Shown: positions 28,869-39,608, numbered from the stretch's first letter. The stretch: DNA of 64,000 nucleotides from Candidatus Eiseniibacteriota bacterium (GCA_963792585.1 CAWBWI010000003.1:736001-800000); one strand, 5' to 3'. A program made the numbers and translations. Notes: generated by a model not told the origin, from the letters alone.

Positions 28869-29774
28869 CTATTCGCAATCGGTTGCGCCGAGCCATGCGG
28901 CGCCCAGAACGCCCGCGGAATCGCCCAGCGCGTGCCGGCGGACCAGGGTCCGGACCTCGTCGTTGAAGAGATGCGGACGCATGAGCGCGGCGGCGTCCTC
29001 GGCGAGGCGTGGCGCCTTCGAGACGCCCCCTCCAAGAACGATCACGTCGGGATCGAGCAGGTTCACCACCTGAGATAGGGCAAAGCCGAAGCGCAAACGG
29101 TAGGCCTCGACCGCCTCACGGGCGACCGCCTCCCCGGCGGCCGCTCGCGCCCAGATCTCCTCGCAGGGGATGTCCGCGCCGCCCACCGATGCATACTGTC
29201 GTGCCATCCCGGGTCCGCTCAGGAAGGTCTCGACGCACCCGTTTCGCCCGCAGTAGCAGGAAGGCCCCGATCGGTCGAGGATCATGTGTCCCCACTCGCC
29301 CGCGATCCCCTGCGCGCCGGACCAGATCTTCCCGTCGAAGACGATCCCGCCGCCGACTCCGGTGCCGAGGATCACGCCGAAGATGCACCGCGCCCCCTTG
29401 CCGGCACCGTGCAACGCCTCCGCGAGGGCGAAGCAGTTTGCGTCGTTCTCGATTCGGATCGGCCGGCCGATCGCGCGCGTGAGATCTTCGCCTAGGGGCC
29501 TGCCGATCAACTCGACGGTGTTCGCGTTCTTCACCCGCCCGTGTGTCGTCGAGAGGATCCCGGGAATGCCGATGCCGAGGCTCGCCGAGGAATCGGCGGC
29601 CGCCGCCATGCACTCTCTTGCGAGCGTGGCGATCGCATCCAGGATCGCCTCGTAGCCAAGACCGCGCGGGGTCGCCACCCGCTTGCGAAAGAGCGGCTCG
29701 GTCGGGTGGTCCGCCAGGACGACTCCCTCGATCTTCGTTCCGCCCAGGTCGATTCCGATGCAGGGACGGGTCAC
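28869..29774 (-). CDS. ROK family sugar kinase (fructokinase/Mak-like)
   Basis: GIDLGGTK, ENDANCFALAE, LGTGVGGG, GEWGH and CYCG..GCVE; GTG start overlaps the upstream stop. Confidence 0.92.
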   Translation of the reverse strand: MTRPCIGIDLGGTKIEGVVLADHPTEPLFRKRVATPRGLGYEAILDAIATLARECMAAAADSSASLGIGIPGILSTTHGRVKNANTVELIGRPLGEDLTRAIGRPIRIENDANCFALAEALHGAGKGARCIFGVILGTGVGGGIVFDGKIWSGAQGIAGEWGHMILDRSGPSCYCGRNGCVETFLSGPGMARQYASVGGADIPCEEIWARAAAGEAVAREAVEAYRLRFGFALSQVVNLLDPDVIVLGGGVSKAPRLAEDAAALMRPHLFNDEVRTLVRRHALGDSAGVLGAAWLGATDCE

Positions 29775-32437
29775 CGCGACCTCCGGGTGTGCGGTTGCGG
29801 CCTTCGACCTCCCTGCGGCTTCCAGTCGGGTTGGCGGGGAGGCTCGGGAGATCCGCCGAAGATCCCGAACCGCGCCTCGGCGCGCAAGCGCTGCAAGCCT
29901 TCTTCCGCCGCGCAGAGGCCGTTCCAGACGTCGCGATAGACCTGCAGGAGTTCCGTGCTCTCGTCCGCATCCTGCTCGAGCAACTCGAGGCGGAAGTGGG
30001 CGACGCCGAGACGCCTCAAGTCGGGGAGGAGGTGCAGCACGCTCTGGGCGCGCGCACCGAAAACAGTGTTGCGGCATCCGACGTCGGCGATGACCGCGTG
30101 CTCCTGCCCCGTCCGGTCCCGCAGGCGGATCGCATGGAGATCGCACGGCCGCCCGCACGTCCGCCAATCGGCGCCATCGCTCAGGAAGGCGGCGAAGACG
30201 CAATGCTCCGTATGGAAGACCGGGAGATGGTGGTGGAGCGGCACCTCGATCCGCGCCGCGGGCGTCGATCCGATCAGCCCGAGGAGCTGCTCTCCGTTCA
30301 GGTCGAGACCCGGGCTCACGCGCGCGCAACCGGCATCGAGGAGGACGGCGACCGAGTTCGGATTGACCGCGTTGAGCGACACGTCCGCGACCAGTGCGGG
30401 GGCATCGGCGATCGCTCCAAGGTGCTCGAGCGACGCGAGGTTGCGCACGAGGATCGCGTCGGGCTTGCGCGCGAGGAAGAAGTCCCAGATCCGCTCTTCG
30501 CCCGGTTTCTGGACGCGGGGAAGGGCGAGTGTCAGTTCCGCTCCGGCCTCGCGCACCGCCTCGGCGGCCGCGCGCAGGCCGACCAGATCGAGAAAGTCCA
30601 GGACGATGCGCTTCGCGTCCGCCAGAAGCGCCGCCTCGACCTGCTCGCGTGTTCGACAGAGGACGAGGAACGGATCGGTCGTGGGCGCGTCCGCGCCGCG
30701 GGCCCGGTCGATCCCGCCGACGGTCTCGGCGCGTTCCACCGCATCGCGCACAGGGGAGGGGATCGTCCAGAGGATCGCCTCCGCGTCGGCGGGGGGAGGC
30801 GCCCCCGCGGTCTCGCGCGTCGCCTCCATCCGATCCGCCCGCACGCTCTCCAGCGCCTCGACCGCCGCGCGCCGCATCCGGTTCAGTTCGCTCACCGGCA
30901 CGGCCAGTTCCCCGACGATTTCCACAAGCATTCGTTCGCACCGATAACGGGTCGCGCCGAGGCGTCCGAGATGCTCGCGCAGGACCGTCTCGTCGAGCGG
31001 GTGGACGATCGCCTCCTCGAGCGGACTCTCGGAGGCCGTCTCGACGGTCCGCCCTTCCGGGTCTCGGTAGGTCGCGCGGAGTTGCTCGCCCTCGGCGCCG
31101 CGCACCTCGATCTCGAGGGGAATCCGCTTGCGCTCGTTCGGGTCGCCGATCTGCCGCAGCAGGTTGGCCTGCAACAGGTGATCGTGCGTCAGGAAGACTT
31201 CGGAGCCGAGCCGGATCATCTGAGGATCGGGCCCCATCGAACGGCCGAACTGCACCCGGAAACGTCCGCCCGCGGCGGCATCGACGCCGAAAATCTTACC
31301 GCCCGTTTCGTTCTCCTCGAGCGGACCGAAGGCGATCAGCAGGCCGTCGCCCGGGCTGACCGAGGGTGCGCCCGGATCGGGGGCGATCTCGATCCACCCC
31401 CGCGCGAATGCAGAAACCGTTCCGACCCGCACGCCGCGATGCGAGCGGATGAAGCCGTCGACCAGAACCTGATGGTTGACCCCGCCGAGGAATCCCTCCG
31501 CGTTGCCGCGCGAGAAGACGCGCCGCGCCCTCTCAGCCTTCCGCTCGATCGTCACGTCCGCGGCGGCCGCCGCCCGCGCCATCGCGGAGGCGCTTCGGCC
31601 CGCCTCTTCCGCCTGCTTCTGTTCCCACGCCCGATCGACGGCCTCTCGATAGAGGGCCGTCGCGACCGAGACATACTCGGTCGACTTCATCCGTCCCTCG
31701 ATCTTGAGCCCGTGGATTCCCGCCGCCAGCAGTTCCGGAATCCGCCGGTACCCCTCGAGGTCCCGCGGGGAGAGCAGGAACGCGCGATCGCCGAGGTCGT
31801 GCTTCGCCCCGTCGACGATCAAGTCGTACGGTAGGCGGCAGGCCTGTGCGCACTGCCCGCGGTTCGCGGAGCGTCCACCCCACGCCTCGCTCGACAGGCA
31901 CTGCCCGGAATAGGAGACGCACAGCGCGCCGTGGACGAAGACCTCCAGTTCGATCGGCGAACCGGCCGCGAGGCGGCCGATCTCGGGCAGGGTCAACTCC
32001 CGTGCGAGGATCACCCGACGGATCCCGAAGCGCTCGAGGAATGCGATTCCCTCGAGGCTCGAGATCGTCATCTGGGTCGAGGCGTGGAGTTCGAGGTCGG
32101 GCGCATGTTCCTTGATCCAGCGGGCCATCCCCAGGTCCTGGACGATCACGGCGTCGGGCCGCGCGGCCGCGATCCTCAGGAGCATCTTTCGGGCCGCTGC
32201 CTGCTCCTCCGCGAAGAGGAGGGTGTTGAACGCGATGTAGGCCTTCACACCGTCCCGGTGAAGTTCGGCGACCACCTCGGGCAGAGTCTCGGCCGTGAAA
32301 TTGCGCGCTCGCACGCGGGCGTTGTAATCCTGAAGGCCGAAGTAGACGGCGTCCGCGCCGGCGCGGACGGCCGCTCGAAGGGCGTCGATATCGCCGGCTG
32401 GGGAGAGGATCTCTGGTTTTCCAAGGAAATTGCACAT
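29771..32437 (-). CDS. U32-family Fe-S protein, long form (RlhA-like RNA hydroxylation protein)
   Basis: PEILSPAG, GADAVY, HASTQ, HGALCVSYSGQC, NRGQCAQAC, KIEGRMKS and C-terminal EHCVF...CGRPC...CRNT. Confidence 0.9.
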   Translation of the reverse strand: MCNFLGKPEILSPAGDIDALRAAVRAGADAVYFGLQDYNARVRARNFTAETLPEVVAELHRDGVKAYIAFNTLLFAEEQAAARKMLLRIAAARPDAVIVQDLGMARWIKEHAPDLELHASTQMTISSLEGIAFLERFGIRRVILARELTLPEIGRLAAGSPIELEVFVHGALCVSYSGQCLSSEAWGGRSANRGQCAQACRLPYDLIVDGAKHDLGDRAFLLSPRDLEGYRRIPELLAAGIHGLKIEGRMKSTEYVSVATALYREAVDRAWEQKQAEEAGRSASAMARAAAAADVTIERKAERARRVFSRGNAEGFLGGVNHQVLVDGFIRSHRGVRVGTVSAFARGWIEIAPDPGAPSVSPGDGLLIAFGPLEENETGGKIFGVDAAAGGRFRVQFGRSMGPDPQMIRLGSEVFLTHDHLLQANLLRQIGDPNERKRIPLEIEVRGAEGEQLRATYRDPEGRTVETASESPLEEAIVHPLDETVLREHLGRLGATRYRCERMLVEIVGELAVPVSELNRMRRAAVEALESVRADRMEATRETAGAPPPADAEAILWTIPSPVRDAVERAETVGGIDRARGADAPTTDPFLVLCRTREQVEAALLADAKRIVLDFLDLVGLRAAAEAVREAGAELTLALPRVQKPGEERIWDFFLARKPDAILVRNLASLEHLGAIADAPALVADVSLNAVNPNSVAVLLDAGCARVSPGLDLNGEQLLGLIGSTPAARIEVPLHHHLPVFHTEHCVFAAFLSDGADWRTCGRPCDLHAIRLRDRTGQEHAVIADVGCRNTVFGARAQSVLHLLPDLRRLGVAHFRLELLEQDADESTELLQVYRDVWNGLCAAEEGLQRLRAEARFGIFGGSPEPPRQPDWKPQGGRRPQPHTRRSR

Positions 32438-32645
32438 TGCCCCACTATAGACTGCGGCGGCCCCGGCGCGGCCCCCTGTTGCGCCCCCACGGCGGCGTGG
32501 TATCGTCTCCGTGCCGGAGTCGCCTATGGGCGCTTCGGTTGCGGGTCCGGTGGCCGCCCGGCCGTCGGTGAAAAGAGCCCGATTCCCGCAGGCGGTGTCC
32601 TGGGAGCAACGTCCGTCCGAGTCGAACGGATGGTTGGAAAGGGAG

Positions 32646-32858
32646 ATGCCGAAGCTGCCGAACAAGGGGGGCGCCGATCGTCACGGCAAGAAGCCCCACG
32701 CACGCCCCGACCGGATCATCGAGAAACGCGCGAAATGGGAAGACTACCTGGACCCCGACGAGGATCCTGGTCTTCTCGATGATGAGGAACTGCTGAAGGC
32801 CGCCGATGCGGCGGAAAAGGGAGAAGAGGAGGAGGAGTCGCAGTCCACGGAGGGCTGA
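32646..32858 (+). CDS. Small hypothetical protein (basic N-terminus, acidic C-terminus)
   Basis: AAAAGGGAG before the ATG; 70 aa in an otherwise empty intergenic gap; normal codon usage. Confidence 0.55.
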   Translation: MPKLPNKGGADRHGKKPHARPDRIIEKRAKWEDYLDPDEDPGLLDDEELLKAADAAEKGEEEEESQSTEG

Positions 32859-32895
32859 GTCGAGAAATGGCAAGGTCGAAAGATGGAGCCGGCCC

Positions 32896-35145
32896 TTACT
32901 GAAATCTCCTCAGATTTTTCCCCAGGACGGCTTCGATCCGCGAGACCGGCCATCCCGCACGCCGAAGCCCCGCGATGAAGCGGAGGCTCTCGGAATCCGG
33001 CACGCCCGTTTCGAGTCCCGCGGCAATATCGAGATGCACCCCCTTTTCGCCCCAGCGAGCGAAGGCCTGGCGCACGATCATCGAGTCACCCACACCCTCG
33101 ACAGGGAGGATCAGGAGGATCCGTTCGTCCATGGGCGGCGGTGGTGTCGTCGGCAGCGCCCCGGTCGAACGTTCCCAGCGCAGCAGGACTTTGAGGTCGG
33201 GGTGCTTCTCGAGGACGCTCCTCCAATCGTCGGCGCTCGAGATGATCAACGGGCAGCCGCCACGTGCGAGGGCATCGCAAACCGCCGCCGTGGGTGCCGG
33301 AGCTCCCGTCGTCCAGAGCGCTCCCGCCAGTCCGGCGGCGCAGAGCGCGCGCGTCGCCTCGAATCCCGCGCGATCGAGCGATGCGGTCGTCGCCACCGGC
33401 AGGAGGGCGACCTGCATTTCCTCCCACGCCTCGCCCACCTCGGCGAACTTCCGCGCCATCCGGAGCCACTTGCGGTCGGTGGTCCTATCGATCAATCCAC
33501 CCAGACGCGGCAGCATCGCATCGGCTCCGCCGCGACCGGTGTCGATCTGGACAAGCCTCCCCGCGATCCGATCATCTCCGCCGAGGACCGGTCGCGTGGG
33601 ATCGCCGATCCGCACCGCGTCGAGCGGGGAGAAGGCGACCTGCAGCCCCTGCGCGCGCAGCCCGCGCTCCGCGGCGAGACCGTCGCGCAACTCGCCGGGT
33701 GAATCGACGATCGTCACGAGGAAGGAGAGGAGTTCCCGGCCGACCGGCCCGAGCACTTCCGGTCGCACGTAGCGGGCGCGGTCCTCGATGTCGTGGTAGC
33801 GGCGATGGTCGCCGCGGCTCCATGCGGTCATGACCGGAACGCCCTTCTCCTCGAAGGGGAAGTAGTCGCTCCCCTCGCCGTGCAACTGCCCCTCCTCGAG
33901 AAGCGCGGTGCGCGCCGAGTCTAGACCCGCGCGCCACGCGAAGTAGGGTGCGCCGATCCGCGCGCCCCCCGCGACGCCGAAACCGCCGTCGCCGTGTCCC
34001 GCCATGTCGAGGTTGAGCATGAGGACGACCCGCTCGAGCGGAATCGGGGGATCGGCCGCCATCTGCCGGGATCCGAGCAGCCCCAACTCCTCGCCGCCGA
34101 AGGTCACGAAGAAGACCGTTCTTCGCGGCCGCCACCCCGAGGCCATCGCCGCGCGCGCCGCCTCGATGACGACGGACGTTCCCGAGGCGTTGTCATTCGC
34201 GCCGGGATAGACGAGCCCGCGCGCATCGACGCCGACGCCGTCGTGGTGGGCTCCGAAGATCACCACCTCGCTGTCGAGGCGCGGATCCGATCCCCGGATC
34301 ATGCCGAGCACGTTGCGACCCGTCCCCTGCGCCTTTCCCTTGGTCGCGACCTCGAAGCGCAGTCGTTTTCCGGACGCGAGGGGGAACGCCCCCTCCTTCA
34401 GCTTGTCCTGCATCTCTTCGAGGGTCCAACCGGTCTCGCGCAACAGCAGGCGCACGACCCGCTCGCTGATGTAGCCGCCGGGGACATCGGGGCGGTATGC
34501 CTCGGGCATCAAGGCGGCGCCGGCGACCGCATCGCGTCCCTGGTAGTACAGGACCGCGGCGGCGCCGTGCGCGCAGGCCGCGGGAAAGGTATGCGTACGC
34601 CGGTACTCGATCTCCCAGTCCTTGCCGTCTTCGGGCTTGCCGCGCACGACGATCGCGATCTTGCCCCGAAGATCGCACCCCTCGTAGTCGTTGCGACCCT
34701 TGGCGGGCGCGTCGATCCCATACCCGATGAAGACCGCCTCCGCCGTGATCTTCCCGGAGGCCGGCGTGAGGAGCAGGGTGTAGTCGTCCCCCTCGACGAG
34801 GGAGAGCTTCCCGAAGGGTCCGTCGAGGATCTCGAGGGCGGCCTTCTTCGGCTCGTATCCGATCACCGGGAACGACTGGAAGAAGGTGCCGTCGGAGCCG
34901 CCGGGTCGCAATCCCGACGCGGCGAACTGCGACGCGACCCATGCCTCGGCCGCCGTGCCGGTCGCCGTTCCGCTACGCCGTCCCGCGAGGGCCGGGGAGG
35001 CGAGCGTGGAGTCGACGCGCCATGCGCGCATCCCATCGAAGAGTTCGCCCGGCGAGGCGGCGATGGCCGCTCTCGGCCCGGCCGCGAGCCCGCTTATACA
35101 GAACCAGATAAGCAAGGCCGCCGGCAAACCATGCGCGCGCCTCAC
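32896..35145 (-). CDS. Secreted M28 aminopeptidase with PA domain and C-terminal extension
   Basis: AGR.SGT, FIGYGI, GAHHDG, PGANDNASG, FGGEELGLLGS, LNLDM, SDYFPF and YH..ED. Confidence 0.88.
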   Translation of the reverse strand: MRRAHGLPAALLIWFCISGLAAGPRAAIAASPGELFDGMRAWRVDSTLASPALAGRRSGTATGTAAEAWVASQFAASGLRPGGSDGTFFQSFPVIGYEPKKAALEILDGPFGKLSLVEGDDYTLLLTPASGKITAEAVFIGYGIDAPAKGRNDYEGCDLRGKIAIVVRGKPEDGKDWEIEYRRTHTFPAACAHGAAAVLYYQGRDAVAGAALMPEAYRPDVPGGYISERVVRLLLRETGWTLEEMQDKLKEGAFPLASGKRLRFEVATKGKAQGTGRNVLGMIRGSDPRLDSEVVIFGAHHDGVGVDARGLVYPGANDNASGTSVVIEAARAAMASGWRPRRTVFFVTFGGEELGLLGSRQMAADPPIPLERVVLMLNLDMAGHGDGGFGVAGGARIGAPYFAWRAGLDSARTALLEEGQLHGEGSDYFPFEEKGVPVMTAWSRGDHRRYHDIEDRARYVRPEVLGPVGRELLSFLVTIVDSPGELRDGLAAERGLRAQGLQVAFSPLDAVRIGDPTRPVLGGDDRIAGRLVQIDTGRGGADAMLPRLGGLIDRTTDRKWLRMARKFAEVGEAWEEMQVALLPVATTASLDRAGFEATRALCAAGLAGALWTTGAPAPTAAVCDALARGGCPLIISSADDWRSVLEKHPDLKVLLRWERSTGALPTTPPPPMDERILLILPVEGVGDSMIVRQAFARWGEKGVHLDIAAGLETGVPDSESLRFIAGLRRAGWPVSRIEAVLGKNLRRFQ

Positions 35146-35978
35146 GGGGTGTCTTTCGCCGCGTAGAGGAGCTGCAGCATGAAGAAGAAGCGCTGGATGA
35201 ATGTGGCGGCGTCCGGCGCGTGCAGGACGCAAGCGTTCGCGGTCGTCCGCTCGATCCCTTCCAGACCATCGATCGCCTCGGTAGCCTCGACCGAGGAGAT
35301 GTCCATCTCCAGGCGCAGCGGCGGCGATGGCCGAAAAGGCGCGGAAGCCCTCCCGGCCACAGCGGCGGCCGTCGCATCGCGCGCGGCGGCGTGAATCTGC
35401 GCGCGCACCAGGCCGATCGGCTCGAGCAGCGCCGCCTGATAGGCGAACCCGCGCTTGGTCGATACGAACGCGCACTGGGGGATCGCGGGCCGGATTTCGT
35501 CCCACAACTCCGCCTGCCCGGTGACCAGACCGACCGGCACGCCGTGAACGCCCGCCTGGAGCGCGGCAATCGTCGTCTCGTTGCACGGCATCCCGTTCAG
35601 CCGCATCTCGCGGATCCGACCGGTGAAGGCATGCGAGAGGACGCCGTGGCGCACGCTCGGTCCGGGGTGGTAGCCGATCAACATGACGAGAGCGAAGGTG
35701 GCGTCGATCCCCATCAGCATGTCGATCCGCGGATCCCAACCGCTGATCAACCGTGCGGCCGGGTGGAGACCTTCCCAGAGGATGTTGCGCGCGCGCCCGT
35801 GGGCGTCGCGCACGATCACCTCGCGCGCTCCCGCCTCGACGGCGCCCGCGACCGCGGCATTCACGTCCTCGGTCATCCAGACGCGCGCCCGAGCATGATC
35901 CGGCCCGTCCGTGCGCGCCTGGTCCCAGGTCGCAACGCCGCTGATCCCTTCGATGTCGGCCGAAATATAGACGCGCAT
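35142..35978 (-). CDS. M55 D-aminopeptidase (DppA family)
   Basis: YISADIEGISG, DAHG, GYH and GVLSHAF. Confidence 0.9.
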   Translation of the reverse strand: MRVYISADIEGISGVATWDQARTDGPDHARARVWMTEDVNAAVAGAVEAGAREVIVRDAHGRARNILWEGLHPAARLISGWDPRIDMLMGIDATFALVMLIGYHPGPSVRHGVLSHAFTGRIREMRLNGMPCNETTIAALQAGVHGVPVGLVTGQAELWDEIRPAIPQCAFVSTKRGFAYQAALLEPIGLVRAQIHAAARDATAAAVAGRASAPFRPSPPLRLEMDISSVEATEAIDGLEGIERTTANACVLHAPDAATFIQRFFFMLQLLYAAKDTP

Positions 35979-36013
35979 CAGGACCTCCGACCGAGCGACC
36001 CGGGTAGGGCCGT

Positions 36014-36964
36014 CTAGAATGTCGCTTCGACGCTTAAACGGTGCACGGACGGCAGGCTTCGATTCTCCGTGTAGCTGTAGTCCGCCTGGAGTCGGACGTC
36101 GGTTCCTGTGGGGATCCGCACGCCGCCCCCGACGCCGAAACGCTCCATGTCGTAGCGGAAGTACCATCCGCCGCGGACGAACGCATACCCGCCGACACCG
36201 TACTCCATGCCGAAGTTGGCCCGCTCCGCGTTGTCGGGTGGATGCTGGAACTCGCCGCTGGCCACCATGCGGTGCCCGTGGCTGTTCAGCAGGTCCATCG
36301 CCATCCCGACGCGGAAGATCGTCGGCATCTTCACGGTATCCTCGATGAAGACCATGTCGGAGCCGATCGACTGGATCGCCATCCCGATCTTGAGAGACCG
36401 GTACCCGGTGTCGTACAAGGTTCCGAAGTCGAATATGGTCCCCTCGGCGGTCCAGGTCGCGAGCGTGGATTGCACGTAGTGGATGGTGATGCCGGTCGAA
36501 AACTTGTCGGTCAGGAGCCGGGAGTAGGTGAGCCCGAGCGTGAGGTCGCCGGCGTCGTAGCTCGTGCCGTCGCCGTCGGGTCGGAAGACCGTGCGGACCT
36601 TCTGCTCCTTCATACCGACGCTTCGCGCCTGCACGGCGAAGGTGCCCGGCGCGAAGGGAATGTTGAAGACGTAGGCGGCGTGCACCAGCTGGACATCCGC
36701 GAACCAGTCGACGGTGTCGAAGACGAGCGCCCGATCCGTCAGGCGCGCGACCCCCGCGGGGTTCCAGTAGACGGCGGACGGATCATCCGCGACGGCGACG
36801 AACGCGGAACCCATCGCCGTGGCGCGTGCGCCGATCCCGATCTTGAGGAACTGTGCCCCGATCGTCCCGACCTTCTCGAACTCGCGCGCCCCGTGCGCGG
36901 CGTCCGCGGTCAGGAACAGAAGAGCCGCCAATCCGACGGCCGCGAAACCCCTACCCCTCACCAT
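36014..36964 (-). CDS. PorV/PorQ family outer-membrane beta-barrel
   Basis: AQFLKIGIGARATAMG.AFVAVADD.SA.YWNPAG; C-terminal Phe. Confidence 0.9.
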   Translation of the reverse strand: MVRGRGFAAVGLAALLFLTADAAHGAREFEKVGTIGAQFLKIGIGARATAMGSAFVAVADDPSAVYWNPAGVARLTDRALVFDTVDWFADVQLVHAAYVFNIPFAPGTFAVQARSVGMKEQKVRTVFRPDGDGTSYDAGDLTLGLTYSRLLTDKFSTGITIHYVQSTLATWTAEGTIFDFGTLYDTGYRSLKIGMAIQSIGSDMVFIEDTVKMPTIFRVGMAMDLLNSHGHRMVASGEFQHPPDNAERANFGMEYGVGGYAFVRGGWYFRYDMERFGVGGGVRIPTGTDVRLQADYSYTENRSLPSVHRLSVEATF

Positions 36965-37093
36965 CGACCCTCCCCTATTCCCAGCACGGGGAGGATACCA
37001 CAGGGGGCGGGCGTTCCGCGGAAGGCGAACGGGGGTTTTGGCGCGAGGGCGTCGCCGGGGCCGGGTGCGTGGACGTTCGCGAGCCGAGGTCAC

Positions 37094-38167
37094 TCAGCCG
37101 GAAGTGAAGTGGTCCCAACCACGCGCGCCGGCAGCATGGCGGCGCCCCTGGCGGTCTTCGAGCAGGACCTGACCCGGCGCGCCCGCGATCACCTCGCCGA
37201 TCGGCCACGCCGCGACATCGGAGACGCCCCGCAACGCCCGCATGGCCCGTTCCGCCCCATCCGCCGCGGCAGTGAAGATGAGCTCGTAGTCGTCGCTCGC
37301 CCCGAGCAGCAGGCCGATCGGGGCCAGTCCGATCTCGGCGGCCGCCGCGGCGAGCGGATCGCCGATCGGCAGCGCCTCCTCGCGCAGGACGATTCCGGCA
37401 GCCTGTCCCTCCACCATGTGGGTCAGATCGCCGGTGAGCCCGTCGCTCACATCGATCATCGCGCTGACCGCCCCGCTCGTTCCCAGCGCGCGGCCCTCCC
37501 GCGCCCGCGCCTGAGGGCGAAGGTAGGCGGCGATCATATCCGCGAATGCCGCCGGCACATCGCCGCCGAATCTCTGCAGGAGGGCGAGCCCCGCCGCCGA
37601 GGATCCCGGCGCGCCCGTCACCCACACGATGTCGCCTGGCCGCGCCGTGTCGCGCCGCACCGCGCCTCCCGCCTCCACCTCGCCAAGCAGGGTGATGTCG
37701 ATGACCAGTCCCTCGGCGATCCCGCTGACGTTCCCGCCGACCAATCGTGCGCCGTGATCGAGGAAGCGCCCACACATTCCCCGGTAGACTTCTTCCAGGT
37801 CTTCCACGGCGACATGCGGTCCGATCGCGAGCGAGACGATCGCTGCGCGCGGCAGCCCGCCCATGGCGCCGATGTCGCTCAGATTGACCGCGGCGCAACG
37901 CGCGCCCAGCTCGCGCGGCGCGATCCACGCAGGGATGAAGTGCCGGCCCGCGACCTGGATGTCGCAGGTGACCAGGATCTGGTGGCCCGGCGTGGGGGAG
38001 AGCGCGGCCGCGTCATCCCCGATCCCGATCGCCACGAAGGGAGGGAATGGACCGTGCCCCTCTTCCACCTCGGCGATGCAATCGCGGAGCCGGCGGATCA
38101 ATCCGAACTCACCGACCGCCGAGACGGGCGTGCCCGCCGGTCCGCGCCAGGCGCCCTCGCCGCTCAC
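37094..38167 (-). CDS. thiL: Thiamine-monophosphate kinase
   Basis: GEFGLI, GIGDDAA, VNLSDIGAMG, DVSDGL and GWDHF. Confidence 0.93.
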   Translation of the reverse strand: MSGEGAWRGPAGTPVSAVGEFGLIRRLRDCIAEVEEGHGPFPPFVAIGIGDDAAALSPTPGHQILVTCDIQVAGRHFIPAWIAPRELGARCAAVNLSDIGAMGGLPRAAIVSLAIGPHVAVEDLEEVYRGMCGRFLDHGARLVGGNVSGIAEGLVIDITLLGEVEAGGAVRRDTARPGDIVWVTGAPGSSAAGLALLQRFGGDVPAAFADMIAAYLRPQARAREGRALGTSGAVSAMIDVSDGLTGDLTHMVEGQAAGIVLREEALPIGDPLAAAAAEIGLAPIGLLLGASDDYELIFTAAADGAERAMRALRGVSDVAAWPIGEVIAGAPGQVLLEDRQGRRHAAGARGWDHFTSG

Positions 38168-38802
38168 ACCACACCCCCGATTCGGGCATCGATACGCCGG
38201 TGCAACGCGCGTGTGGCTTCCTCGGGATCGGGACTCGCGCAGACGGCGGAGATCACGGCGACTCCGTGCGCCCCGGCATCGAGCAGGCCATCCACGTCCG
38301 CTTCCGTGACCCCTCCGATCGCGATCAGGGGAAGAGACACCACTCCCGCAATCGCCGTCACGAGGTTCGCGCCCGCGGCGGGTCCCGCGTCGGGCTTCGT
38401 CCCCGTCGCGTGGATGGGGCCGCAGCCCAGGTAGTCGGCCCCTTCCTCGTACCCGGCGCGCGCCTCCTCGATCGAGCCGGCCGAAGCGCCGATGATCCGG
38501 TGCGGTCCGAGCAGTTGCCGCGCGAGGCGAATGGGAAAGTCATCCCTCCCGAGGTGGACGCCATCGGCGTCGGCGGCGATCGCGACGTCGATCCTGTCAT
38601 TCACGATAAGCGACACGCCGGCCTTCTTGCAGATCGCCCGCACGCGCTTGGCCTCGAGAATCATCTCGGCGGTCGAGCCGCTCTTCCGGCGATACTGGAT
38701 CGTGTCGGCCCCGCCGCGAATCGCCCGCTCCGCAAGCTCGACATGATCGAACCGGGACTGGATCACCGTGTCCGTCAGAATGTGCAAGCGACCGATTCTC
38801 AA
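38164..38802 (-). CDS. thiE: Thiamine-phosphate synthase
   Basis: IQYRRK, IVNDRIDVA, GVHLG.DD, T.TK and AIGG; TTG start after GAGGAGG. Confidence 0.92.
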   Translation of the reverse strand: MRIGRLHILTDTVIQSRFDHVELAERAIRGGADTIQYRRKSGSTAEMILEAKRVRAICKKAGVSLIVNDRIDVAIAADADGVHLGRDDFPIRLARQLLGPHRIIGASAGSIEEARAGYEEGADYLGCGPIHATGTKPDAGPAAGANLVTAIAGVVSLPLIAIGGVTEADVDGLLDAGAHGVAVISAVCASPDPEEATRALHRRIDARIGGVV

Positions 38803-39608
38803 ACCTCCTCCGCCTTCTTCCGCATGAACCAGAAGTGGTCCGTCGGGCCGTTGCCGTGGCCGATCGAGAGACCGTGACGGATCGCCTCGGTCACGTATTG
38901 TTTCGATCGAGAGACGGCGATCTCGAGATCGATCCCGCGGCCGATCCAGGTCGCGAGCGCCGCGGAATAGGTGCAGCCGGTGCCGTGCGTGTTTCTCGTG
39001 TCGATGCGTTCCGCCGGAAACGGCGTGACCCCGCGGGCCGTGACGAGATAGTCGGTGCTCTGCGCCTCCTCCATGTGCCCGCCCTTGATCAGAACCGCGC
39101 GGCAGCCGCTCTCGAGGATCCGCAGGCCCGCCTCCCGCACATCCGCCTCGCCGCGGACCTTCATGCCCGCGAGCAGTTCCGCCTCGTGGCGGTTCGGTGT
39201 GACGAGCAGGGCGAGGGGAAGCAACTGCTCCCGTACGGTCGCAACCGCTTCCTCGTGTAGCAGGGGATAGCCGCTCTTGCTGATCATGACCGGATCGACG
39301 ATCAGGCGCTCGACCTTCCGCTCGCGCAGGTGCCGCGCGACGACCTCCACGATGGCGCTCGATGAGAGCATCCCCGTCTTCACGGCGGCGATCTCGAAGT
39401 CGTCGAAGACCGCGTCGAGCTGCCGGATGATGAGTTCGACGGAAACATCCTCGGCGGCGAGGACCGCCTGTGTGTTCTGGGCCGTGATCGACGTGATCAC
39501 CGAGAGGGCGAAGCCGCCGTTGGCCTGGATCGCCTTGATGTCGGCCTGGATCCCGGCGCCGCCTCCCGAGTCGGATCCCGCGATGGTCAAGATCTGGGGA
39601 ATCGTCAT
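38799..39608 (-). CDS. thiD: HMP/HMP-P kinase
   Basis: [27 protein letters not shown] and THGTGCT. Confidence 0.95.
   Translation of the reverse strand: MTIPQILTIAGSDSGGGAGIQADIKAIQANGGFALSVITSITAQNTQAVLAAEDVSVELIIRQLDAVFDDFEIAAVKTGMLSSSAIVEVVARHLRERKVERLIVDPVMISKSGYPLLHEEAVATVREQLLPLALLVTPNRHEAELLAGMKVRGEADVREAGLRILESGCRAVLIKGGHMEEAQSTDYLVTARGVTPFPAERIDTRNTHGTGCTYSAALATWIGRGIDLEIAVSRSKQYVTEAIRHGLSIGHGNGPTDHFWFMRKKAEEV

Noticed and set aside
29775..30941. Apparent N-terminal extension of the ROK ORF
   Set aside because: Out-of-frame overlap with the U32 gene; the likely start is the GTG at 29774.
29543..31834. 763-aa plus-strand ORF
   Set aside because: Antisense shadow of the U32 gene.
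36041..38434. 797-aa plus-strand ORF
   Set aside because: Antisense shadow of porV and thiL.
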